From Gemmatimonadota bacterium (GTDB lineage: Bacteria > Gemmatimonadota > Gemmatimonadetes > Gemmatimonadales > GWC2-71-9): 51,257 bases of DNA. The notes beneath the pieces were generated by a model. The model ran no database searches, was not told the origin of the DNA, and saw only the letters and a program-made list of their open reading frames with translations. The stretch lies in the NCBI GenBank assembly GCA_039591655.1, contig JBDHDE010000023.1, positions 1 to 51,257 of the forward strand. The letters are read 5' to 3'. Position 1 is the stretch's first letter. Every line of letters starts with the position of its first letter. Positions 8,982 to 17,898 of this stretch are shown here, in pieces. The position numbers and the translations under genes were made by a program.

Positions 8982-10133
8982 ATGTCCGCAGTGACCGTTC
9001 AGACGCCCGAGCACATGGCCCGATCGCCCGCGGGGATTAGCATCCGGGCCGGCAGGCCCGAAGACAACGACGGCCTCCTGGAGCTGGCAGCGGCGTGCCC
9101 GATGCAGGCCGAGATGACGGTCCGTGTGCGGCGGGAGCCGGACTTCTTCGCGCTGTCCCGGCTCCAGGGCGAGCGCTGGGAAGTCGGCGTGGCCGAGACA
9201 CCAGACGGCACGATCGCTGGCTGCATCGGGGTTGCCGGGCGCCGGGTGCACCTCTGGGGCACACCTACGCAGACGATGTACGTGAGCGACCTGAAGGTGC
9301 GGCCGGAGTTCCGGGGGATCGGTGTGGCGGACGCGCTGTCGGGTTACGCCCGGTCGGTGTGTCGGGAGGTGGCGCCGGACGTCCTGACGCTGACCACGGC
9401 GCTTGCCGGCAACCGGGCCATCGAGCGACGCGCCCGCGGACCGCGCGGGATGCCCGTGCTCGGTCGGTTTGCCACCGTTCGGCTCCACTCCATGGTTCTG
9501 CTGCGGGCGCGACAGGTACCTCTCGCAAGTCTCCGGCTCATGCAGGCCGAGGAAAGAGACCTCGAGGAGATGATGGCACTGTGGCGCCACGTGGCGCCCG
9601 GCCGGCAGTTCGCACCGGTGCTCGATGCGAGCGCGCTGGCCCGCTGGATCGCTGCGGCTCCGGGCATGGACGTGTCGTCATTCTGGCTGGCGCGGCGTCC
9701 GGACGGTGCGCTCGGCGGATTCATGGCCGTCTGGGATCAGCACCCGCTCAAGGAGACGCAGGTCCTGCGCTACTCGTGGCGAGCGGCGGCGTTTCGTGGG
9801 GCGTACAATGCAGCCGCCTCGCTGCTCGGTGCGTCGCCGCTGCCGCGCGCGGGCGGGCCACTGCGCTTCGTGTCGGCGTTTCACACCTGCGTCTCGCCGA
9901 GCGCGCCCGAAGTGCTACGCGCATTGCTCATATCGGCGGGCAACGAGGCTCGCCGCAGAGGCTACGCGTTCTTGAACCTGGGACTCGACGTCCGTGACCC
10001 GCTTCAGGTGGCGGTTCGCGGACTGTGGAGCCTCTCCACCGACATCCGGGCATATGCAACGACGCCGCAGGGGCGCTACGTGGGTCCCCCGCTCGGCGAT
10101 CGCCCGCTGCACTTCGAGACGGCGCTGGTGTGA
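8982..10133 (+). CDS. GNAT-family acyltransferase, probably tandem GNAT fold
   Basis: YVSDLKVRPEFRGIGVA acyl-CoA-binding motif A; a second GNAT-like start (AEERDLEEMMAL); RBS GAGGGGAG upstream. Confidence 0.85.
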   Translation: MSAVTVQTPEHMARSPAGISIRAGRPEDNDGLLELAAACPMQAEMTVRVRREPDFFALSRLQGERWEVGVAETPDGTIAGCIGVAGRRVHLWGTPTQTMYVSDLKVRPEFRGIGVADALSGYARSVCREVAPDVLTLTTALAGNRAIERRARGPRGMPVLGRFATVRLHSMVLLRARQVPLASLRLMQAEERDLEEMMALWRHVAPGRQFAPVLDASALARWIAAAPGMDVSSFWLARRPDGALGGFMAVWDQHPLKETQVLRYSWRAAAFRGAYNAAASLLGASPLPRAGGPLRFVSAFHTCVSPSAPEVLRALLISAGNEARRRGYAFLNLGLDVRDPLQVAVRGLWSLSTDIRAYATTPQGRYVGPPLGDRPLHFETALV

Positions 10134-10158
10134 CTGCGCCCAGCCGAGGAGGTATGTG

Positions 10159-10224
10159 ATGAGCCGGGCCCTCGAGACCAAAGCGGACGGCCCCCGCTCG
10201 CGTGAGGTCGTATACAAGCTCTGA
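10159..10224 (+). CDS. Small 21-aa peptide MSRALETKADGPRSREVVYKL (candidate precursor or leader peptide)
   Basis: GAGGAGG at 10146-10152, 6 nt before ATG 10159. The ORF fills the gap between two operon genes and uses mostly G/C-ending codons. Confidence 0.6.
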   Translation: MSRALETKADGPRSREVVYKL

Positions 10225-10237
10225 TGAGGAGGCAACG

Positions 10238-11026
10238 ATGACGCCATCACCCAAGCTTCGCGTGCGGCCGGTCCGCGTAGGCCGGCTCACATCCGACCAG
10301 ATCGATCGGATGTGGAAACTCTATGCCGACCACTACGACCACGTGACGCGGGACGCCTTCGATCGCGATTTGGGCGAGAAGACTCTCGTGTTCTTGGGAA
10401 TCGATGCGGCGAGCAAGGAGATCGTAGGGTTCTCCACGGCCCGCATCTATCGGCATCACTATGGTGGGCGCTGGGTGGGTGTCTACTTTTCGGGCGACAC
10501 CGTCGTCCTGCCGCAGTACTGGGGCCAGCGGGCGCTGCACAACTGTGTGTTCGCGACCCTAGTACGGTGGAAGCTGCGCCACCCGTTCACGCCACTCTAC
10601 TGGCACCTCATCTGCTCCGGCTACCGCACCTACCTCACGCTGGTGCGCAACTTCCCTGAGCACTGGCCGCACCACGCGCGCGCCACGCCTCGGTGGGAGC
10701 GTGGGCTGATCGATTCGATCTGCCGCGAGCGCTACGGCGGAGCCTGGCGGGCGGAGCGAGGAGTGATCTCCTTCGGCGAGGTGCAGCCGGTGCTGAAGCA
10801 GGCCGTGGCGCCATTCACCAGCCGCGTGCTGTCCCTGCCCGAGGTGCGTTTCTTCGTGGAGGCCAACCCTGGACATGCCAAGGGGGATGAACTGGCGATG
10901 ATCGCCCGGGTGAACCTCCAGGCCGGGATCCAGGTGTTGGGTAAGTGGCTTCGCAGGCTGCTCCGGCGCGCGGCGCCGGCGCGCTTGCAGCGGCGCGGAG
11001 CCGACCTGCCGGAGCCGGCACGATAG
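10238..11026 (+). CDS. Conserved hypothetical protein, probable GNAT-like fold (GH3-associated)
   Basis: RBS GAGGAGG at 10226-10232; IVGFST, FSGDTVVLPQYWGQ (degenerate motif A) and YWHLICSGYRTY segments. Confidence 0.7.
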   Translation: MTPSPKLRVRPVRVGRLTSDQIDRMWKLYADHYDHVTRDAFDRDLGEKTLVFLGIDAASKEIVGFSTARIYRHHYGGRWVGVYFSGDTVVLPQYWGQRALHNCVFATLVRWKLRHPFTPLYWHLICSGYRTYLTLVRNFPEHWPHHARATPRWERGLIDSICRERYGGAWRAERGVISFGEVQPVLKQAVAPFTSRVLSLPEVRFFVEANPGHAKGDELAMIARVNLQAGIQVLGKWLRRLLRRAAPARLQRRGADLPEPAR

Positions 11027-11034
11027 GGGGCAGT

Positions 11035-12645
11035 GTGCGGGAGAGGCTCTTCAAGGCAGCCTTCCGGCTGGGGACCGGCAGACGCGCCCGGCGCTTCGAG
11101 GTCGCGCTGCGCCATCCCCAGCGGGTGCAGGAAGGGGTGCGGCGTCGCATGGTGTGTCTCGCCGCGCAGACCGAGTACGGTCGGCACCACGGCCTGACGG
11201 GTGGCGAGTCGTACGCGGAGTTCGCGGCGAAGCTGCCGATCGTGGAGTACGAGGACCTCCGGCCGTGGATCGAGCGGCAGGCGACCACGGGCGGCTCGGT
11301 GGTCGCGGCCGAGCAGGTGGTCGTGTTCGAGAAGACCTCCGGGAGCTCCGGGCGCTCCAAGCTCATCCCCTACACGCAGGCGCTGCTCGACTCCTTCAAC
11401 GGGTGCTTCCTGCTGTGGGCCCACGACCTCATCCGGCACGGGCCGCCATTTCGCACTGGAAGGATGTTCTGCAGCATGTCGCCCGCGTTTCGCGACGAGC
11501 GTGAGACGGCAAATGGGGTACCCATCGGCTTGGAGGACGACGCGGCGTACCTCTCCCCCGCCATGCGCCGGCTCTTCGGGCCCCTCTTCGTGGTCCCGCC
11601 CGGGATCAAACGGCTGCGCGACCCGCACACGTATCGGCTGGCGCTCGCGTGCTTCCTGATCGCCGAGCATCGGCTGGAAGTGCTCTCGGTGTGGAGCCCC
11701 ACGTACTTGCTCAGCCTGCTGCAGTTCGTGGCCGAGAACCGGACGGCAGTGGTCCGGCAGCTTGGGCTGGGCGCGGTCGGCCCCGGGGAGCCTCCTCTGA
11801 GCTTCGCCCCGCCGGCGCCGCAGCGTCTTGCGCTACTCGAGGGAGATCCGATTCCCTGGGAGCGGGTCTGGCCCGACCTCAAGCTCCTCTCCTGCTGGAC
11901 CGATGCCGGATCGACGCGGTTCGTGGGCGCGCTCCGCCGGGCCTTCCCAACGGTGACGATCCAGGGAAAGGGGCTGCTCGCCACCGAGGCGCCGGTCACG
12001 ATTCCCCTCGTTGGCGCACCGGCTGCTGTTCCCCTGGTAGAGGACGTCTTCTTGGAGTTCGAGAGTGGTGGGGGCGTCCGCCGGCTGCACGAGCTCCAGG
12101 AGGGCGAGCAGTACGGCGTGATCGTCACCCAGGCCGGGGGCCTCATGCGCTACCGCATGCACGATCTGGTGCGCGTTGAAGGACGAGTCGGCCGGACCCC
12201 GTGCCTCCGGTTCATGGGGCGCGACAACCTCGTGGCCGACCTGGTGGGAGAGAAGCTCAACGAGACGTTTGCACGCAATGCGCTGACCAGGGCATTGGGG
12301 AGTGGGGACGGGATGTCGTTCCTGGTGCCGGTCCCGCGCGCCGAGGCAGCGTCGTTCTACCTGTGCGTCACCGACTCCCCCGACGCCGGCCGCGAAGGAG
12401 CAATGTGCGCCGCGCGGCTCGATGCGGAGCTGCAGCAGGCGTTCCACTACCGCCAGGCGCGACTCCTCGGGCAGCTGGCCCCCGTGCAAGTGCACTTCGC
12501 CCCCGATGCTGGCGAGCGCTACGAGTGCCTGTTCTTGAGCCGAGGGGTGAAGTGGGGCGACATCAAGTACGCTTCGGTGGTCACGACCGGCACGGCGCGG
12601 GAGCTGGAGGTCCTTCTGGCGGAGTGGGACACGCCGGCCGCATGA
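11035..12645 (+). CDS. GH3 family acyl-adenylate/amido ligase
   Basis: KTSGSSGRSKLIPYT (motif I), GLLATE (II), GLMRYRMHDLV (III), GEKL. GTG start chosen just after the upstream stop. Confidence 0.9.
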   Translation: MRERLFKAAFRLGTGRRARRFEVALRHPQRVQEGVRRRMVCLAAQTEYGRHHGLTGGESYAEFAAKLPIVEYEDLRPWIERQATTGGSVVAAEQVVVFEKTSGSSGRSKLIPYTQALLDSFNGCFLLWAHDLIRHGPPFRTGRMFCSMSPAFRDERETANGVPIGLEDDAAYLSPAMRRLFGPLFVVPPGIKRLRDPHTYRLALACFLIAEHRLEVLSVWSPTYLLSLLQFVAENRTAVVRQLGLGAVGPGEPPLSFAPPAPQRLALLEGDPIPWERVWPDLKLLSCWTDAGSTRFVGALRRAFPTVTIQGKGLLATEAPVTIPLVGAPAAVPLVEDVFLEFESGGGVRRLHELQEGEQYGVIVTQAGGLMRYRMHDLVRVEGRVGRTPCLRFMGRDNLVADLVGEKLNETFARNALTRALGSGDGMSFLVPVPRAEAASFYLCVTDSPDAGREGAMCAARLDAELQQAFHYRQARLLGQLAPVQVHFAPDAGERYECLFLSRGVKWGDIKYASVVTTGTARELEVLLAEWDTPAA

Positions 12646-12934
12646 TCCCGCCCGACCTGCCACCTCCCCAGCGGCGATTCCCGGTTCACAACGGTAACCT
12701 CTTGTAGGGCAGCGAGTTACACCGTTCTGTCGCGCTCCGTGTGAGTCCCCCGCGACGCGACCTCTCGCGGGCCTCCGTCGAGTTGCGACGCGCATCACAG
12801 CAGCGCACCCAGCACTCCCATAGCCTGGGAACAACCGGCGAATCGCCCTGCCTGCGGGCTATCCTCGGGCCCGGGTGGGGCACTTGCCAACGTCATGAAC
12901 TGGGGGATCGACCTCCTCAGACTGGGTGCGAACG

Positions 12935-13552
12935 ATGAGCAATCCGCAGAACTGGGGCACGCTGCAGTTCAAGGGCGTGATTGGTGACACGGAGGAGCGC
13001 TGGCGCCGCCAGGTGTTCCCCGAAATGCAGAGCTCCGCGAGCTTCCAGGCACGCGTCCACCAGGATCCATTCCTGCGGGACGCGTACGCCGTGCTCACGG
13101 CCGAGTCCGACGGGGAGGCCGTCGAGGCGGCCAAGCAGCTGCGCGGCCGCTGGTTCCCGTTTCACGCGCTCAATGACGACAATAGCAAGCGCACGGCCTG
13201 GCTCGATGAGCTGCAGCAGGTGACGAGGGCCGAGGCGCAGGAGCGGGGGAGCTCGGAGCAGGAGATCGAGGACTTCCTTGCCGCGCAGTCGCTGTGGCTC
13301 GCCGTGCTGCGCTCGCCCCTGAAGCTCACGGGTGTCGAGACCTGGCAGCAGGGACAGAGACGATGGATCCAGGAATCTCGGGCAAGCGCCGTCCGCACGA
13401 CCGCAGACGGAGATGAGCCGCGCGGCAATCAGCCGGTCGCGTACACGCCCCCCTCACCCGAGCGGTTCATTACGGAGACGCGCCTAGCGACTCCCCGAGG
13501 ACCAACAGACGGCGATGCGACTCTCCTACGTGACTGGTCTCATGGAGGATGA
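12935..13552 (+). CDS. Hypothetical helical protein
   Basis: About 205-aa ORF with GC-typical codon usage in the first two thirds; no motif recognised. Confidence 0.6.
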   Translation: MSNPQNWGTLQFKGVIGDTEERWRRQVFPEMQSSASFQARVHQDPFLRDAYAVLTAESDGEAVEAAKQLRGRWFPFHALNDDNSKRTAWLDELQQVTRAEAQERGSSEQEIEDFLAAQSLWLAVLRSPLKLTGVETWQQGQRRWIQESRASAVRTTADGDEPRGNQPVAYTPPSPERFITETRLATPRGPTDGDATLLRDWSHGG

Positions 13553-13696
13553 GATCGCCAGCCAGATGGGGGTAGACCAAGACTTCGTGAGCCAGCTCAA
13601 GCGCCACGCGCTGGGGGCTCTGCGGGCTGGGTTGGTGAAGTAGTCGCGCTCCAGCGCCGAGGCTTGGTCCGCTCGGCAGTCTATCGCACATCCGAC

Positions 13697-13727
13697 GCCC
13701 CACAGCCACTTGGAGTGGCTGTGGGGC
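13697..13727. repeat. Perfect palindrome, REP-like copy 1
   Basis: GCCCCACAGCCACT-TGG-AGTGGCTGTGGGGC; related copy at 16297. Confidence 0.75.
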
Positions 13728-13876
13728 TGTGGTTTGCCGGGGGACGAGTCGAGCAAGCGACTACCAGCGGTTTGACCGCGCTGCGGCGCGGGATTATGTA
13801 GAAGCAAGGCAGTAATCTGCGGGAATCGTCCTTCGCTGGTAGTGACCCTTCAGCAGACGGGCGCGGGAGGCCGACA

Positions 13877-15544
13877 GTGGCGGCACCTTCTCCAAGCGAC
13901 GAGACCGACCGCGTCCCATTGGTCACCCGAGTCGAGCGGCCCTCGATGCCGAGCCGGCGAGCCTCGCGGCCGCCCTCCCTGAGCCTTCCTGAAGACCTGC
14001 TGCGTGATGCCGCGAAGCGGCTTCGCGTGATCGCGCTTATCTTCGCCGCCGGCTTCCTCGTGGGGGAGCTCGCCGTCGTGGTCTTCGCTGCCGATCTCCG
14101 CGAGGAATACAGGCATTTCTACGGCTGGGGCCCGGGCGTGATCTCAGTAGTCATTGCCCTGGCGGTCGCCGTGTTGGCCGGCAGTAAGCGGCTCTCTCTC
14201 AAGACGATCATGAATACCGGGGTGGCGTTCGAGGTCTTGGCCGCCTATGGCATTGCATTCTCCGCGTACTGGGGCATCTACCGCGGGCTCGAGTACCGGC
14301 CGGAGCACCTGACGATCTTCGGGCTGTCGTTCGTCGCGCCCTGGATCATGTTCTACACGATCGTGATACCGAACCCGCCCCGGAAGGCCCTGTGGGCGGC
14401 CGTCCTAGCTGCCACCTCGGTGCCGGTGACCCTGCTGCTCACCATGCGCTACGGTGGATCATCTATTGAGCTGGAGCCGGGAGGGTGGATCAACGTCGTG
14501 ATCGTGCCGTACGGCATGATCGTCATCACGGCGTACATCGGTGCGCGCGTCGTCTACAAGTTGGGCACGGCGGTGCGGCAGGCCCGCGAGATGGGGAGCT
14601 ATCGGCTCGTCGAGCGACTGGGTCGGGGCGGCATGGGAGAAGTGTGGCGTGCGCAGCATCGCATGCTCGCGCGGCCAGCGGCGATCAAGCTGGTGCGGCC
14701 GGACGTGCTCGGGGATATCGAGAGCGACCACCGGGAGCGGACGTTGGGGCGATTCGAGCGTGAGGCCCAAACGACGGCGCTCATGCGTTCCCCCCACACA
14801 ATCGAGCTGTACGACTTCGGCGTCACGGATGACGGAACGTTCTACTACGTGATGGAGCTGCTGAACGGCTTCGACCTGGAGACGCTGGTGCAGCGGTTCG
14901 GACCGGTGCCGGCTGAGCGTGCGATCCACCTGCTCTGCCAGGCCTGTGACTCGCTGGCGGAGGCGCATGAGAATGCCCTGATTCACCGCGACATCAAACC
15001 TGCCAACATCTACGTGTGCCGGTACGGCCGTCGTGTGGACTTCGTGAAGGTGCTGGACTTCGGGCTCGTCAAGCTGCGACAAGAAAGCGCTCAGGCTGAC
15101 ATGAAGGTCACCATGGATCACGCTGTTGGCGGCACACCGGCGTATATGGCGCCAGAGCAGGTGGCCGGCGATGAACAGGTCGACGGGCGTGCCGACATCT
15201 ATGCCTTGGGATGTGTGGCCTACTGGCTCTTGACTGGTCAGTTGGTGTTCAAGGGCAGAACGGCAGTGGAGATGATGGCCCGTCACCTCCAGACGCCGCC
15301 GGTTGCTCCGTCGGAGCGGACCGAGCTGCAAATCCCCAAGGAGCTCGACGAGGTGATCCTGGCCTGTCTGGAGAAGGACCGCGACCGCCGCCCGCAGTCT
15401 GCAGAGGAGCTCTCGCGAATGTTTGCTGCGTGCGGCGCGGCGTCACCCTGGACGGATCAGCGGGCCCGGGAATGGTGGACGTTGCACCAGCCGCGGATCT
15501 CTACGGCGGGCGACGCGGAGGGCCGGTTCATCGCGGCTTCATAA
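13877..15544 (+). CDS. Hanks-type Ser/Thr protein kinase with N-terminal multi-pass membrane domain (paralog 2)
   Basis: GRGGMGEV, AAIK, HRDIKPANI, DFG and YMAPE; collinear and highly similar to 2828-4465. Confidence 0.95.
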   Translation: MAAPSPSDETDRVPLVTRVERPSMPSRRASRPPSLSLPEDLLRDAAKRLRVIALIFAAGFLVGELAVVVFAADLREEYRHFYGWGPGVISVVIALAVAVLAGSKRLSLKTIMNTGVAFEVLAAYGIAFSAYWGIYRGLEYRPEHLTIFGLSFVAPWIMFYTIVIPNPPRKALWAAVLAATSVPVTLLLTMRYGGSSIELEPGGWINVVIVPYGMIVITAYIGARVVYKLGTAVRQAREMGSYRLVERLGRGGMGEVWRAQHRMLARPAAIKLVRPDVLGDIESDHRERTLGRFEREAQTTALMRSPHTIELYDFGVTDDGTFYYVMELLNGFDLETLVQRFGPVPAERAIHLLCQACDSLAEAHENALIHRDIKPANIYVCRYGRRVDFVKVLDFGLVKLRQESAQADMKVTMDHAVGGTPAYMAPEQVAGDEQVDGRADIYALGCVAYWLLTGQLVFKGRTAVEMMARHLQTPPVAPSERTELQIPKELDEVILACLEKDRDRRPQSAEELSRMFAACGAASPWTDQRAREWWTLHQPRISTAGDAEGRFIAAS

Positions 15545-16210
15545 AGGGCCGGGGGGGTCCAGGGGACGGCGCGCGACGAGCAGCCACTGCTGCCGCCTGG
15601 AGGAGCGGTTACGCTGCGCGTCGGCGAAGGACTCGTCGCGCTGGACGATCTCGAATCCGGCCTGAAGCAGCTCGCGCTCTACCACATCGGCGGCGATCGT
15701 GTGTCGCGCCGTCTGCCCGCTGCGTGATGCGGATGGGTCGGCCGGCTGGTAGTCCAGCATCACCAGGCGTCCTCCCGGCTTCAGCGCAGCGTACATGCCG
15801 GCCAGCATCGCGCCGTACTCCGTCATCTCGTGGTAGGCGTCTACGACCAGCACCGCGTCGACGACGCCGGACGGCAGCCGCGGATCGTCGGCCACCCCTC
15901 GGATCACCTCCACGTTCAAGAGGCCGTCGGTCTCCACCCGACCTCGCAGCCGGTTCAGGGAGGTCTCGTCGATGTCCACCGCGTAGACCAGGCCGGCGCT
16001 CCCGACGTGTTCGGCGAGCCGAACGGTGAAGAACCCCCGGCCGGCGCCGACGTCCGCTACCCGGCTGCCCTCGCCGATGGCCATGGCAGCCAGGACGTCC
16101 GGGACGCGCTGCCAGGCGTCGCGTTCCGCGTCGCGTTGCGCCTGGAGAGCGGTGGGAAGCGTGAGCGCGGCGACACACGCGGTCAATACTGCGGCTCGGA
16201 GGATCGGCAT
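15539..16210 (-). CDS. Class I SAM-dependent methyltransferase with predicted signal peptide
   Basis: VADVGAGRG, YAVDID, DAYHE, LKPGGRL; leader ending ALQA. Confidence 0.9.
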   Translation of the reverse strand: MPILRAAVLTACVAALTLPTALQAQRDAERDAWQRVPDVLAAMAIGEGSRVADVGAGRGFFTVRLAEHVGSAGLVYAVDIDETSLNRLRGRVETDGLLNVEVIRGVADDPRLPSGVVDAVLVVDAYHEMTEYGAMLAGMYAALKPGGRLVMLDYQPADPSASRSGQTARHTIAADVVERELLQAGFEIVQRDESFADAQRNRSSRRQQWLLVARRPLDPPGPL

Positions 16211-16296
16211 TGTCTCTGGTAGAACGGCTCGAGGGATGCTACGGTTTCGTGGCGGTTGTAGGCTGGGCTTCATAGGTCCTGGCCCATAAGAGCCGA

Positions 16297-16326
16297 GCCC
16301 CACAGCCACCGAAGTGCCTGTGGGGT
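16297..16326. repeat. Palindrome, REP-like copy 2 (possible terminator)
   Basis: GCCCCACAGCCAC-CGAA-GTGCCTGTGGGGT; the minus strand has a cUUCGg loop. Confidence 0.7.
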
Positions 16327-16361
16327 GGGGCACCGTCTACGCCCGATTCAGAGACCCAGGG

Positions 16362-16709
16362 CTATTTCCGGAACAGCGACACGAGTATAGCGACGCCGGC
16401 TACGACGAGCAGGATGGGTAGCAGGGGCAGATCCGTGCCGAGCAACCCCCACACCCCGCCCGCCAGGAACAGGAGTCCCACGACGATCCAGAAGCCCTCT
16501 AACAATAGGCCGAGTGACTTCCTGGCCGCCTGCACGCCCAGCGTGATGGCCCCGATGACCAGCAGCGACACCGTGGCGCTTATGCTCGCGAGAAACGCGA
16601 TGCCGATCCAGATGAATACCAGTGCCCATCCGACCGATCCGAGCTTGCGGGCCATCTCACTCTGATCAGCCGTCACCCCCTGCCAGGCACCTCCCCCCGG
16701 CTCTGTCAT
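16362..16709 (-). CDS. Small 4-TM membrane protein
   Basis: Four hydrophobic segments; purine-rich RBS before ATG 16709. Confidence 0.8.
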   Translation of the reverse strand: MTEPGGGAWQGVTADQSEMARKLGSVGWALVFIWIGIAFLASISATVSLLVIGAITLGVQAARKSLGLLLEGFWIVVGLLFLAGGVWGLLGTDLPLLPILLVVAGVAILVSLFRK

Positions 16710-16837
16710 GATCTCCCCCCTTGCCACGCTGTGAGTAGTCTTCCGAATCCGGTTCATGCCACGTTGCTGCTCACCGGTAAGGATGCCACGGGGGCGTCGG
16801 CGCGCAACCGGATTGTTGAGAGGAGGTGTCGGCTATC

Positions 16838-17878
16838 TCACAGCTTGTTCAGTAGCGCGCTCAAGCTGTCGGCCTGCAGTACGTCACGTGGCTCGGGACG
16901 TGCATCGCGGTGCCACTTCACCAGCCGGATCTCGTCGTTCGCGATCTCGATGGCGGTGATGCCACCGGTGAAGAGCCCGCACCCGGTGTTGAAGTAGCAG
17001 GGCACAGGATCGTCATCCGGCGCCCCGATGTTCCGGCGTCTCTTGCGCTCCTCCCGCAACTGGACGTCGATCTGCCCCAGTTCCCGGCGCCATTCGTCTG
17101 CCTTGGGATCATCGGGCTTCGCGCGGAGCCGGGCCCGGAGCTTGTCCGCTCGCCGCTTGAGTCGCTCCCAATACGGGATCGAGGCAAAGACCGCCCGATG
17201 TGAATGGCCGCAGATCAACATTACGTGGTGCGTCTTGGCCCAAGCGTAACGGATGCGCTCGAAGTCCTTGGTGACCGGAGTTTTCGGGATTGACGGGTTG
17301 CGCCACAGGCCGAGCTTGCGCAGCAGGGGCTCGACCTTCCGCCCCAGCCGCACCAAGAAGCGACTCGACCAGCTCTTATAATCGGATAGGTATGTGCCCT
17401 GATGCCCGTGCGCCAGGAGGATTCTGGGTCTGCCTCGGTCATCAGTGAGCTTGATGCCCTCCGGCGCCCCGAGGGTACGGGAGGGAGGTGGCAGGACAGG
17501 ATCGATTGGAGAGCCCCAATCGATGTCGTGGTTGCCAAACACCCGGTACAGGCGATCTGGGGCGAAACCCTGGATGCGCGCGTAGATGGAGGCATCATAC
17601 TTGGCGCGGATTTCGTGGATGTCGAACTGCCACAGTTCCTCCGTATCACCCAGCAGGATCAGTCGGTAGCCACCCGCGTGATAGTGATCCAGGGCGGCAG
17701 CGAGCGTGCTCTCGTTGCGACGGAAATCATCGGCGCCGCCGCCATTCCCGAGGTGCAGGTCGCTGATGAGCACGTAACTGGCGTGACGTAGCGGCAGCTC
17801 CGGAAGCTCGCGCCCCCCTAGCTCCGTCAGTCGCTTCGAGGCGTACTCCTGTGCCGATTCCCGCTGCTTCTTGCCCAT
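16838..17878 (-). CDS. Calcineurin-like metallophosphoesterase
   Basis: SDLHLG, LGD, GNHD, HGH, GHSH and YFNTG motifs. Confidence 0.9.
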   Translation of the reverse strand: MGKKQRESAQEYASKRLTELGGRELPELPLRHASYVLISDLHLGNGGGADDFRRNESTLAAALDHYHAGGYRLILLGDTEELWQFDIHEIRAKYDASIYARIQGFAPDRLYRVFGNHDIDWGSPIDPVLPPPSRTLGAPEGIKLTDDRGRPRILLAHGHQGTYLSDYKSWSSRFLVRLGRKVEPLLRKLGLWRNPSIPKTPVTKDFERIRYAWAKTHHVMLICGHSHRAVFASIPYWERLKRRADKLRARLRAKPDDPKADEWRRELGQIDVQLREERKRRRNIGAPDDDPVPCYFNTGCGLFTGGITAIEIANDEIRLVKWHRDARPEPRDVLQADSLSALLNKL

Positions 17879-17898
17879 GGGTCCTCACTCCGCTCACG

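Noticed and set aside
9994..10224. 76-aa ORF from the ORF track
   Set aside because: It mostly overlaps the GNAT gene in another frame; only the RBS-led last 21 codons are credible.
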